A DNA stretch of 62,400 nt, counting the filler. It is 5 parts of 5 records of this genome, joined end to end, with 100 filler letters (N's around TTAATTAATTAA, not from the genome) between each part and the next. Parts side by side here need not be neighbours in the genome. Positions count along the whole stretch, not along the records: positions 1 to 11,415 come from SRR20825010_3674; 4 more parts are not named here. The stretch is one strand, 5' to 3'. The position numbers and the translations under genes were made by a program. The stretch's first letter is position 1, and every line of letters begins with the position of its first letter. Positions 1 through 8,588 of this stretch are shown one piece after another. A model generated the notes under the pieces. The model was given only the letters and a program-made list of their open reading frames with translations. It ran no database searches and was not told the origin of the DNA.

Positions 1-177
1 TTCTCTGTGCGCGGCAACGAGATCGTCCTCTTCTCCCAGCCCCGCCCGGTCAAAAGCGTCGCCCGCATCGACGGCTGGACACCCGAGACAATCCTCTCCC
101 ACGGCATCCCCGCCATGGAAGGCGGCTACACAGACCTCGGCGCAACGTCGTCGGTCTTCACATGGGAACCCGTGTAA
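1..177 (+). CDS. C-terminal fragment of a probable SDR-family oxidoreductase (5' partial)
   Basis: Frame 1 is open from base 1 to TAA at 175-177 (FSVRGNEIVLFSQPRPVKSVARIDGWTPETI...VFTWEPV*). It resembles the C-terminus of alphaproteobacterial 3-hydroxyacyl-CoA-DH-like SDRs; no catalytic motifs are visible. Confidence 0.55.
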   Translation, partial: FSVRGNEIVLFSQPRPVKSVARIDGWTPETILSHGIPAMEGGYTDLGATSSVFTWEPV

Positions 178-193
178 GCATCAGGCAAAAACC

Positions 194-282
194 GTCATGC
201 GCGGGCTTGCCCCGCGCATCCACGTCTTTGCCCCAAGCGGTGCCGTCAAACTGTGTATGGCCGGATCAAGTCCAGCCATGAC
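194..282. repeat. Alphaproteobacterial REP/REPIN-like palindromic element (two inverted hairpin units)
   Basis: GTCATGCGCGGGCTTGCCCCGCGCATCCAC ... GTATGGCCGGATCAAGTCCAGCCATGAC. The ends are inverted, each unit is a hairpin, and it lies between convergent genes. A related unit occurs at 11388-11415. Confidence 0.75.
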
Positions 283-313
283 AAGGCAGAAAAAGAAAAC
301 GCGTGAGATCATC

Positions 314-1261
314 TCACGCGTTTTTTCTTATCCGCTTCCCCGCCGCCACATCCAGCAGCCACCGCGCCTTGCCGGGACCGAATTCCTCAACCGCAAAATC
401 CACAAAGGCCCGCACCTTGGCCGACAAATGCTGCGTATGCGGATAGATCACATGCAGCGTCAGCGGTTCCGGCTCCCATTCGTCCAGCACCGAGACATAA
501 CGGCCCGTCCGCAAGGCATCAGCACACAAAAACATGGGTGACATGCACAATGCCTGCCCCGACGCGATCAGCTCAGACATCGCGTCTGCATTGTTGCAAT
601 AAAATCGACCCTTCACGCTCACCTGAAATGCCTTGCCTCCCGCATCGCGAAAATCCATCAGCTCAGGCCGCGCGCTTAGCGAATAGAGAACAAACTGATG
701 CTCTGCCAGATCATCAGGATGGCGCGGTACACCATGTTTCTCGAAATAGGCAGGCGTGCCCACAACCACGCGGCGCACAGGCGCGAGCTGCCGCGCGATC
801 AGGCTGGAATCCGCAAGTCTCGACACACGCAATGACACATCGAACCCCTCCTCCATCAGATCCACTTGCCTGTCATTCAGCGCCAGATCGACTGTCAGTT
901 CAGGGTATCGGTCCATAAATTTCGGCAGCACCGGCCCGAGTTCCCTGATCCCGAAACTCATCGGCGCATTGATCCGCAGCCTGCCGCGCACCGCGCCCTC
1001 GATGCAATTCGCATCGCGCTCGGCTTCCGCCGCCTCAGACACGATCCGCGCCGCGCGCTCGTAAACCACAGCGCCGGCCTCCGTCACCGAGAGTTTGCGT
1101 GTCGTGCGGTTCAGCAACCGCACTTTCAGCTCCTCTTCCAGATCGGAAATCTGGCGGCTCACCATGGATTTGGACAGTTTCAGCGCATCTGCCGCGCCGG
1201 TGAAACTCTCCATCTCCACCACTTTGGCAAAAACCGCCAGCGCATTGAGATCAAGTGCCAT
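314..1261 (-). CDS. LysR-family transcriptional regulator (CrgA/DmlR-like)
   Basis: N-terminal HTH ([45 protein letters not shown]) plus substrate-binding domain ([16 protein letters not shown]). Start set at the MALDLN ATG. Divergent from wrbA. Confidence 0.95.
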   Translation of the reverse strand: MALDLNALAVFAKVVEMESFTGAADALKLSKSMVSRQISDLEEELKVRLLNRTTRKLSVTEAGAVVYERAARIVSEAAEAERDANCIEGAVRGRLRINAPMSFGIRELGPVLPKFMDRYPELTVDLALNDRQVDLMEEGFDVSLRVSRLADSSLIARQLAPVRRVVVGTPAYFEKHGVPRHPDDLAEHQFVLYSLSARPELMDFRDAGGKAFQVSVKGRFYCNNADAMSELIASGQALCMSPMFLCADALRTGRYVSVLDEWEPEPLTLHVIYPHTQHLSAKVRAFVDFAVEEFGPGKARWLLDVAAGKRIRKNA

Positions 1262-1400
1262 TTGTTGCCTCAGAAGAACAATCTGTTCCAAAAATCATGC
1301 ATTGTTTCGCTCACGCCCGCAATTAGATTTAGGGCACAGAATTGAAACGCCTGCCGCCGCCCTTCAACCAAGGCCGCAAGCAAAGATCGGAGACATACAA

Positions 1401-2006
1401 ATGTCTGACAAAACCAAAGTCCTCGTCCTCTATCACTCCTCATGGGGCCACGTCGAAACCATGGCCGAGGCCGTTGCCGCCGGTGCCCGCGAGGCCGGTG
1501 CCGAGGTGGATATCAAGCGCGTACCTGAAACCATGCCCGAAGACGCCATGGTCGCCGCCCATATGAAGATCGACCAGAAGGCCCCCGTCGCCGGTCCCCA
1601 TGAACTGGCAGACTATGACGCGATTATTTTCGGTGTGCCCACCCGCTTCGGCAATATGTCAGGCCAGATGCGCAACTTCCTCGACCAGACCGGACCGCTC
1701 TGGGCCGGTGGCAAGCTGATCGGCAAGGTCGGCAGTGTCTTCACCTCCACAGGCACAGGCATCGGCAATGAATCCACCATCCTCACCACCCATGTCACAT
1801 TGCTCCATCACGGCATGGTGATTGTCGGCGTTCCCTTCGGTGCGCCCGGCATTGGCGACATCTCGCAAGTGCATGGCGGCTCGTTCTATGGCGCAGGCAC
1901 AATTGCCGGATCAGACGGTTCGCGCCAGCCCTCCGAAATCGAACTCGGCATGGCGAAATATCAGGGCAAGCACGTTGCCGAAATCGCCGCCAAACTGAAA
2001 GCCTGA
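1401..2006 (+). CDS. wrbA: NAD(P)H:quinone oxidoreductase, WrbA-type flavodoxin
   Basis: [67 protein letters not shown] upstream of the ATG at 1401. Confidence 0.95.
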   Translation: MSDKTKVLVLYHSSWGHVETMAEAVAAGAREAGAEVDIKRVPETMPEDAMVAAHMKIDQKAPVAGPHELADYDAIIFGVPTRFGNMSGQMRNFLDQTGPLWAGGKLIGKVGSVFTSTGTGIGNESTILTTHVTLLHHGMVIVGVPFGAPGIGDISQVHGGSFYGAGTIAGSDGSRQPSEIELGMAKYQGKHVAEIAAKLKA

Positions 2007-2012
2007 TCCCCC

Positions 2013-2090
2013 GCGGAGCCTCCCCCGGCTCCGCATCTCGACCGGCTGGCGGCCCTCCCCGTTCACTCCGCCAGCCGGTTCCACTTTTTT
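2013..2090 (+). terminator. Double hairpin with C-rich (anti-SD-like) loops and a T-tract; probable intrinsic terminator, possible cuckoo-like sRNA
   Basis: GCGGAGCC-TCCCCC-GGCTCCGC (2013-2034), then ACCGGCTGGCGG-CCCTCCCCGTTCACT-CCGCCAGCCGGT (2041-2079), then TTTTTT at 2085-2090. Confidence 0.6.
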
Positions 2091-2107
2091 AGGGAGCAAG
2101 ACGCATC

Positions 2108-3100
2108 ATGGGACAACTCGTCAAAGGCCAATGGCACGACGAATGGTACGACACCAAAAGCACGGGCGGTCGCTTCGTGCGGCAAGATGCCGGCTTCCGC
2201 AACTGGGTCACGTCGGACGGTGCCGCAGGCCCCACAGGCACAGACGGCTTCAAGGGCGAGGCCGGTCGCTATCACCTCTATGTCTCGCTCGCCTGTCCAT
2301 GGGCGCATCGCACTCTCATCGCGCGCCGCTTGAAAAACCTCGAAGACAAAATTTCGCTCACCATTGTCGATCCGCTCATGCTGTCGGAAGGCTGGACCAT
2401 CAAAGGTAATTTCGCCGACACATTGCCCGATAGCGTCAACGGCAAATCCCGCATGTATGAGGTCTATGCTACCGCAAAGCCTGATTACACAGGCCGCGTC
2501 ACCGTGCCCGTCCTCTGGGACCGCCAGCAAAACACGATCGTTTCCAATGAAAGCGCCGACATCATCCGCATGTTCAACAGCGCATTCGATCACATTGAAG
2601 GCGTCAATTCAGGCCTCGACCTATACCCCGCCGATTTGCGCAGCGAAATCGATGCCGTCAATGCCAGCGTCTATGACCGCGTGAACAATGGCGTCTACAA
2701 ATCCGGATTCGCCACCACACAAGACGCCTATGAGGAAGCCGTCACTGCCCTGTTCGACGAGTTGGATGCATTGGAAGTGCGCCTGTCAAAGCAACCTTAT
2801 CTTGCAGGTGATCGCATCACCGAGGCCGACTGGCGTCTCTTCACCACACTCATTCGCTTCGATGCGGTCTATCATGGCCATTTCAAATGCAACCTGCGCC
2901 GCATCGCCGATTATCCCGCCCTGTCCAACTACACCCGCGCGCTCTACCAGACAGAAGGCGTGTCGGACACGGTCAACTTCGCGCATATCAAGCATCACTA
3001 TTATGCAAGCCACCGCATGATCAATCCCACCGGCATTGTGCCCAAAGGCCCGCTGGAAGATTTCACTGCGCCGCATAACCGCGCGACTGTTGTAGTTTGA
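2108..3100 (+). CDS. yqjG: Glutathionyl-hydroquinone reductase (GST Xi/omega-like)
   Basis: GRYHLYVSLACPWAHR active site, YTGRVTVPVLWD, NGVYKSGFA, LIRFDAVYHGHFKCN, INPTGIVPKGP. Confidence 0.95.
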   Translation: MGQLVKGQWHDEWYDTKSTGGRFVRQDAGFRNWVTSDGAAGPTGTDGFKGEAGRYHLYVSLACPWAHRTLIARRLKNLEDKISLTIVDPLMLSEGWTIKGNFADTLPDSVNGKSRMYEVYATAKPDYTGRVTVPVLWDRQQNTIVSNESADIIRMFNSAFDHIEGVNSGLDLYPADLRSEIDAVNASVYDRVNNGVYKSGFATTQDAYEEAVTALFDELDALEVRLSKQPYLAGDRITEADWRLFTTLIRFDAVYHGHFKCNLRRIADYPALSNYTRALYQTEGVSDTVNFAHIKHHYYASHRMINPTGIVPKGPLEDFTAPHNRATVVV

Positions 3101-3103
3101 ATT

Positions 3104-3457
3104 TCAGTCCAGCCCAACCACGCGCTGCACATCCACCATGCTGCGCTTGTCGTCATAACGATTGCCGCTTGTCAGCGTCCAGTGAAACGCTTTCAGCGCT
3201 TCATTGTCCGAATTGCGCATTTCCTGATCGAGTGTGCTGACCACACAGATGTTTCCGTCATGGCGACTGCGCGAAAAATCCTCGCAAATGCGTACCGCCT
3301 GGCGCAGCCTCAATATATGTTCTTTATGCACTTGCGCCAGCGCGGCCTTGTCATGCGGCAGCGCGTTGCGGTCGAACATTTCTTCGGCATGGCCAACCCC
3401 CGGCAATACCAGCAATAAAGCCAGCAAGCGCAAAATATGCGTTATATTTTTCATCAT
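3104..3457 (-). CDS. Small exported hypothetical protein
   Basis: GAGGAGGGG RBS before MMKNITHILRLLALLLVLPGVGHA/EE (signal-peptide-like); two Cys in the mature part. Confidence 0.7.
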   Translation of the reverse strand: MMKNITHILRLLALLLVLPGVGHAEEMFDRNALPHDKAALAQVHKEHILRLRQAVRICEDFSRSRHDGNICVVSTLDQEMRNSDNEALKAFHWTLTSGNRYDDKRSMVDVQRVVGLD

Positions 3458-3531
3458 TCCCCTCCTCGCTCCGCGCGCATTCTGCGCATAAGATGCGCAA
3501 AACATAAAGAAGCGAGATATGGAGCGGAACA

Positions 3532-4956
3532 ATGGCATTTGCCGAATATGATAAATATGACGGTCTGGGCTTGGCGAAACTCGTCGCAGATGGCGAGGTA
3601 AAAGCCGAGGAATTGCTCGACGAAGCCATCAACCGCACCGAAAAAATAAATCCAAAGATCAATGCCGTCGTCATGAAGCATTATGACGAGGCCCGTGCGC
3701 AGATCGCCAAAGGCCTGCCCGAAGGCCCCTTCAAAGGTGTGCCTTTTCTTCTGAAAGACCTGCATCTCCTGCTCAATGGCACCGAGACCACATTCGGCTC
3801 GGCTTCTTTCAAGGGCAATGTCGCCGATCACAATTCCACTCTGACAGACCGCTATCTCGCCGCCGGTCTTGTCGTCTTCGGCAAAACCAACTCGCCCGAA
3901 TTCGGTCTTGCCCCCACCACCGAGCCGCGCCTCTATGGTCCGACCCGCAATCCGTGGAACCTTGAGCATTCGCCGGGCGGCTCGTCAGGCGGCGCATCTG
4001 CCGCTGTCGCCGCAGGCATCCTGCCGGTTGCCAATGCATCAGACGGCGGCGGCTCGATCCGTATTCCAGCGGCCACATGCGGTCTGTTCGGCATGAAGCC
4101 CACACGCGCCCGCACCCCCATGGGGCCGGACCGCGCCGAAGGCTGGGCCAGCATGTCGATTGCCCATGTCGTCTCGCGCTCGGTGCGCGACAGTGCCGCC
4201 ATGCTGGATGCAACCCACGGGCCCGAGCTTGGCGATCCCTATGCCTGCCCGCCGCCCGCGCGCCCCTTCCTCGATGAAGTCACCACTGCGCCGGGCCGCC
4301 TCACCATCGCCTATACAACCCGCCGCCCCGATGGCACAGCCTGCCATGCAGATGTGGTCGCCGCCGTCGAGGCCACCGCCCGCCAGCTCGAAGCTCTGGG
4401 CCATCACGTCGAAGAAAAAGACGCCCCCGTCAATCCCGCCGAGGTCGGTCAGCATCAGGCCACATTGATCGGTGCCAATATCGCGCTCACCATCCGTCAG
4501 CGCGAGGCCACTCTAGGCCGCGCCCTCACCGGCAATGATCTTGAGCACTTCACCCGCCTCATTGCCGAAAGTGCGAAAGCGCATTCCGGCGCAGACTATG
4601 CCGCCTCCATGCTCTTCATCCATCAGCTTGGCCGCCGCATGGCGCAGTTCCATAGCCGCTATGATGTCTATCTGTCGCCGACGCTTGCCACACCGCCCAT
4701 CCCGCTGAAAACGCTGGACATGATGAGCGAGGACATCGCGACCTATCTGAAAAACAGCGCCGAATATGTCCCCACCATCGGCGTCTATAATATGACCGGT
4801 CAGCCCTCCATGTCCGTGCCGCTCGGCATGAGCCAGTCGGGTCTGCCGCTTGGCATGATGTTCACAGGCCGCTTCGGCGACGAGGCCACATTGTTCCGCC
4901 TTGCAGGCCAGCTTGAGCAGGACACACCTTGGGCCGACCGCCGCCCGACACTCTAA
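3532..4956 (+). CDS. Amidase (amidase-signature family)
   Basis: GVPFLLKD, GKTNSPEFG, PGGSSGGASAAVAAG, ASDGGGSIRIPA (Ser-cisSer-Lys triad). Confidence 0.95.
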   Translation: MAFAEYDKYDGLGLAKLVADGEVKAEELLDEAINRTEKINPKINAVVMKHYDEARAQIAKGLPEGPFKGVPFLLKDLHLLLNGTETTFGSASFKGNVADHNSTLTDRYLAAGLVVFGKTNSPEFGLAPTTEPRLYGPTRNPWNLEHSPGGSSGGASAAVAAGILPVANASDGGGSIRIPAATCGLFGMKPTRARTPMGPDRAEGWASMSIAHVVSRSVRDSAAMLDATHGPELGDPYACPPPARPFLDEVTTAPGRLTIAYTTRRPDGTACHADVVAAVEATARQLEALGHHVEEKDAPVNPAEVGQHQATLIGANIALTIRQREATLGRALTGNDLEHFTRLIAESAKAHSGADYAASMLFIHQLGRRMAQFHSRYDVYLSPTLATPPIPLKTLDMMSEDIATYLKNSAEYVPTIGVYNMTGQPSMSVPLGMSQSGLPLGMMFTGRFGDEATLFRLAGQLEQDTPWADRRPTL

Positions 4957-4966
4957 GGCCTCCGCC

Positions 4967-5446
4967 TCACCACATTTCCGGCGCGGGCCTGCCCTCTGTC
5001 ACCTCGACAATCCGGGCCCGCGTCGCAACACTTATCCCTTCGGGCAGAGCGTCCACCGCAAACCACCCATATTCGGCAATCTCGAAGCTGCTGCGCGGCT
5101 CGGTCCGGTATTGACCGGCCTCCAGCAGAAAAAGCGCCACATGGTCGGATTTGAATTCGCGGAAATTGGCCAGCAGCCCGATCATCGCCACATCGCCGGT
5201 CACGATCACGCCCGCTTCCTCGTCCAACTCGCGCTTCAGCGATGTCAGTGTCGTCTCGCCACGCTCCACACCACCGCCGGGCAGATACCAGCCGGCAATA
5301 TATGAGTGCCGCACCAGCAGCACGCGTCCTTGCGCATCGCGCACCAACCCGCGCACGCCCATGGTCAGCGGTCGCCGCACACGCCAGTACAGCCGCACAA
5401 AAGGCTTAACAAACTTCCAGAAACTTTGAACGAAACCCGCCATCAT
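4967..5446 (-). CDS. NUDIX hydrolase
   Basis: Nudix box GGGVERGETTLTSLKRELDEEAG. Confidence 0.9.
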   Translation of the reverse strand: MMAGFVQSFWKFVKPFVRLYWRVRRPLTMGVRGLVRDAQGRVLLVRHSYIAGWYLPGGGVERGETTLTSLKRELDEEAGVIVTGDVAMIGLLANFREFKSDHVALFLLEAGQYRTEPRSSFEIAEYGWFAVDALPEGISVATRARIVEVTEGRPAPEMW

Positions 5447-5541
5447 CTGGAAACCCTATCAGAACGAAAGCCGCAAATCCCCACCATCTAACGACTTGTC
5501 GCAGCCAAAATTTAGACCCTGTCAACGAATGCCCCCTAGCT

Positions 5542-5562
5542 TGAACAGTAATAAATTGTTCA
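5542..5562. promoter_or_regulatory. Inverted repeat upstream of the flagellin-like gene; candidate operator
   Basis: TGAACA-N9-TGTTCA in an AT-rich stretch 30 bp upstream of the ATG at 5592. Confidence 0.3.
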
Positions 5563-5591
5563 CTTACCCGACCAATCACCGAGCGGCTCAC

Positions 5592-6461
5592 ATGCGTCTG
5601 TCCTCACTGCTCAAGCGTCGTCAGAAGATCAAGGTCAGCCGGCCACAGCCGCCGGAAGAAGAACCACGCATTTCGCGCGGTGCCATCAAGCGCGCTTTGC
5701 GCCACGCCGCTGCCTCATCCAATTACAGCTCGGCCGCCCGTCTCGGCGAGCGCATCGCCACAGCCCTGTCCACCATCGAAACAGCCGTCCTCGCCATCGA
5801 CGCTGTGAACGACCAATTGCGCGAAGCCTCCGGCCTCATCTTCGAAGCCGCACGCACCGACAATATGGGCCGCCGCGCGCTGCTCGCAGGCCGCTACGAC
5901 GATGTACGCAGCGAGATCGACGCCACAGTTGGCGCCGCCACACATAATCGCGTCAATCTCATCAATGGTCGCCTCATCGGCGGTCAGGCCGCCGCCTTCG
6001 AAGTCGCGCTCGACGATGAGGGCCGCGCAGGCATCGCCATCGGCATTGTCAATCTCACCACCGGCGCGCGCGGCCTGGCTCTGTCCCCGCCGCGCACCGC
6101 CTTTGAAAAGCAGGAAGAGATCGACCTCATCCTCGGTGAGATCGAACTGGCCCGCAGCCGCATCGCCGAAGTCTCGTTGCGTTTTTCCGATCACGCCGCC
6201 CTCATCGCCACGCGGCTCACCCGCCTGCAAAAACTTGCAGGCAAAACCCGCATCGAAAGCGTCGTGCCCACAGGGGCCGATGCCGAAGAGCTGACCGAGA
6301 CCGCCGAAGACCTCCGCCGCCCGCTCGACCTGCGCTTTGTCGAACAAGAAGCCGAACCGGCCCAAGTCGAAGAAATCCCGGCGCCCTATGCCGAAGGGCC
6401 GGACGAAAACGCGGGCAACAGCGCCTATCTGCCAGCGCCGGAAGAAAATTCCGCGCAGTAA
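5592..6461 (+). CDS. Flagellin-like protein (D1-like core, canonical termini absent)
   Basis: ALSTIETAVLAIDAVNDQLREASGL...RRALLAGRYDDVRSEIDATVGAATHNRVNLING resembles the flagellin N-terminal helices ending in the FNGxNLLxG motif. Basic N-terminus and acidic Pro/Glu-rich tail. Confidence 0.65.
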   Translation: MRLSSLLKRRQKIKVSRPQPPEEEPRISRGAIKRALRHAAASSNYSSAARLGERIATALSTIETAVLAIDAVNDQLREASGLIFEAARTDNMGRRALLAGRYDDVRSEIDATVGAATHNRVNLINGRLIGGQAAAFEVALDDEGRAGIAIGIVNLTTGARGLALSPPRTAFEKQEEIDLILGEIELARSRIAEVSLRFSDHAALIATRLTRLQKLAGKTRIESVVPTGADAEELTETAEDLRRPLDLRFVEQEAEPAQVEEIPAPYAEGPDENAGNSAYLPAPEENSAQ

Positions 6462-6533
6462 AGCCTTGGCAACAGGCCAAAGCGTCCCCATTCTCGTTCC
6501 AGTCACATCAAGAACAAGAACGGGAAATCCGAT

Positions 6534-7391
6534 ATGAGCGCGTCTGTCCCCTCTGCCACACCCAATGCCGATCAGTCCGAAGCCTGGAACGGCGCCACCG
6601 GCACAAAATGGGTCCGCTTTCAAGAACGCCTCGACACCATGCTCGCGCCTTTTTGCGACGCATTGCTGGACGCGGCTGCCATCAAATCCGGTGAGCAAGT
6701 GCTTGATGTCGGCTGCGGCTGCGGTGCCACCACCATTGAAGCATCGAAAAAGACCGGCACATCAGGCCGCGCCCTTGGCATCGACCTTTCCGCGCCCATG
6801 ACCGAACGCGCCCGCCAGCGAGCCACCACGCTCAAGACACCAGCCGAATTCTCTGTTGCCGATGCCTATACGCACGATTTTGCAAATGCCGGATTCGATC
6901 TTTTGATCTCGCGTTTCGGCGTCATGTTCTTTGACGATCCCGTCGGCGCGTTCAAAAATCTTCATAGCGCATTGAAACCAACAGGCCGCATGCGCTTCAT
7001 CTGCTGGCGCGAGCTGAAAGACAATGAATGGATTTCACTCCCCATGCGCGTCGCCCGCCCCATGCTGCCGCCCGTCCCGCCTGCCGACCCTTACGCCCCC
7101 GGCCCCGGTGCCTTTGCCGAACAGGCGCGCGTCAAAAACATTCTTGAAGAAGCAGGCTTCCGCAATGTCACGCACCAGCCGCTCGACCTGCCGCTCAATA
7201 TGGGCCGCACACTCGACGAGGCGCTGGAACAGTCTTTGGAGATCGGACCGCTTGCGCGATTGCTCGCAGAGCACGATCCGGAATTGAAAATGAAAGTTGC
7301 CGCCGCCATTCGTGAAGAGCTTGCCAAACGCTTAACACCCGAAGGTGTCATTCTCTCCAGCGCAGCATGGATTGTTTCCGCCGACGCATAA
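6534..7391 (+). CDS. Class I SAM-dependent methyltransferase
   Basis: VLDVGCGCG motif I, GIDLS, FDLLISRFGVMFFDDP. Confidence 0.92.
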   Translation: MSASVPSATPNADQSEAWNGATGTKWVRFQERLDTMLAPFCDALLDAAAIKSGEQVLDVGCGCGATTIEASKKTGTSGRALGIDLSAPMTERARQRATTLKTPAEFSVADAYTHDFANAGFDLLISRFGVMFFDDPVGAFKNLHSALKPTGRMRFICWRELKDNEWISLPMRVARPMLPPVPPADPYAPGPGAFAEQARVKNILEEAGFRNVTHQPLDLPLNMGRTLDEALEQSLEIGPLARLLAEHDPELKMKVAAAIREELAKRLTPEGVILSSAAWIVSADA

Positions 7392-7554
7392 ACAGACACT
7401 CACCATGCCACAAATCTGATCGAGAAATGGATATTGCACCCATTTGGCTACTTCGTATTAAGACCTCTTGTCTAACTTGACCCTCAGAACATCCTGACCG
7501 CGTGGGGCGATCAGGTGTCAGTAAGTCCAGTGTATCTGGAGCATGGGGGGAACC

Positions 7555-8016
7555 ATGGCTCGCAATCTATTCCATTCCTTGACTGTACTCGCAGTCGATG
7601 ACAGCAGTCATATGCGTCATCTTATGCTTGGCCTCTTGCGTGCGCTCGGCGTCGGCAATGTTGTGCTGGCCAGCGATGGCGACGAGGCTTGGTCAAAGTT
7701 CATCGAACACAAACCCGATGTCGTCATCACTGACGCCGCCATGAGCCCCACCGATGGCTTCACGCTGGCCCGCCGCCTGCGCGATCCCGAGGCACTGGGT
7801 CGCGGCCTTGTACCCATCATCATGATCTCCGCCCATACCGAAGTTTCCGCCATCCAGAAAGCGCGCGACATCGGTATTACCGAATTCATCCGCAAGCCAC
7901 TGGCCGCGCGCTCGCTCTACGAACGCTTGCTTGCCGTGGTCAATCGCCAGCAAGAAGTGCTGGTGCCAGCCGCTCTGGTGCCAGCCCTCCCCGCTGACGA
8001 GATTGCCTACCTGTAA
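7555..8016 (+). CDS. Single-domain CheY-like response regulator
   Basis: VLAVDD, phosphoacceptor VVITD, IIMISAH, FIRKP. Confidence 0.9.
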   Translation: MARNLFHSLTVLAVDDSSHMRHLMLGLLRALGVGNVVLASDGDEAWSKFIEHKPDVVITDAAMSPTDGFTLARRLRDPEALGRGLVPIIMISAHTEVSAIQKARDIGITEFIRKPLAARSLYERLLAVVNRQQEVLVPAALVPALPADEIAYL

Positions 8017-8018
8017 GG

Positions 8019-8588
8019 ATGATGCCCGTGGACCAGCAAACCAAATCAGTTCATTCCGCAAATAGCGGCGAGACCGGAAAAGGCGATGTCGCGCAGACAC
8101 GCTTCGTCCGCATCCCCTCTATTGCCGAGCGCAAACTGGGCCGCGACTACAGCGCGCCTGTCCGCCTCGATCCGCGCGTCCTCGACCAGATGCAGCGTAC
8201 AATCAAGACGCTGGCCACCCAATATGTCGATACATTGGGCAGGCAGATCCATGAGATCCTGCCCATGATCAAGGATGCCTGCACAGACATGCCCGGCGCC
8301 CGCAGCGCATTCTACGAAATCATCCACGACATGCGCGGTCTTGCAGGCACTTTCGGTCATCCCATTGTCGGCAAATTTGCAAAGTCGCTCTGCCTCTATA
8401 TGGAAAACCACAAATATCTGGATACCACGATCATCCGCTTCCATGTCGAGGCCATGCGCGATGCGCTGGAAGACGATGCACCCGATGAACGGCTTGCCGA
8501 AGACACATTGCGCTCGCTGGAAATCCTGATCGCCAATAGCGCACAAGATCAGAGCCGCAATAGCCCCTTGTCAGGCAGTGCCGCGTAA
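8019..8588 (+). CDS. Hpt (histidine phosphotransfer) domain protein
   Basis: IIHDMRGLAGTFGHPIVGKFAKSLC matches the HxLKGxxGxFG Hpt motif; tightly coupled between two receiver genes. Confidence 0.8.
   Translation: MMPVDQQTKSVHSANSGETGKGDVAQTRFVRIPSIAERKLGRDYSAPVRLDPRVLDQMQRTIKTLATQYVDTLGRQIHEILPMIKDACTDMPGARSAFYEIIHDMRGLAGTFGHPIVGKFAKSLCLYMENHKYLDTTIIRFHVEAMRDALEDDAPDERLAEDTLRSLEILIANSAQDQSRNSPLSGSAA

Noticed and set aside
6511-6528. GAACAAGAACGGGAAAT upstream of the methyltransferase as a LexA box
   Set aside because: The spacing does not give GAAC-N7-GAAC.
7960-7990. Short tandem duplication (LVPAA-LVPAL) in the first receiver's tail
   Set aside because: Two imperfect in-frame copies in a low-complexity tail; no evidence of phase variation.
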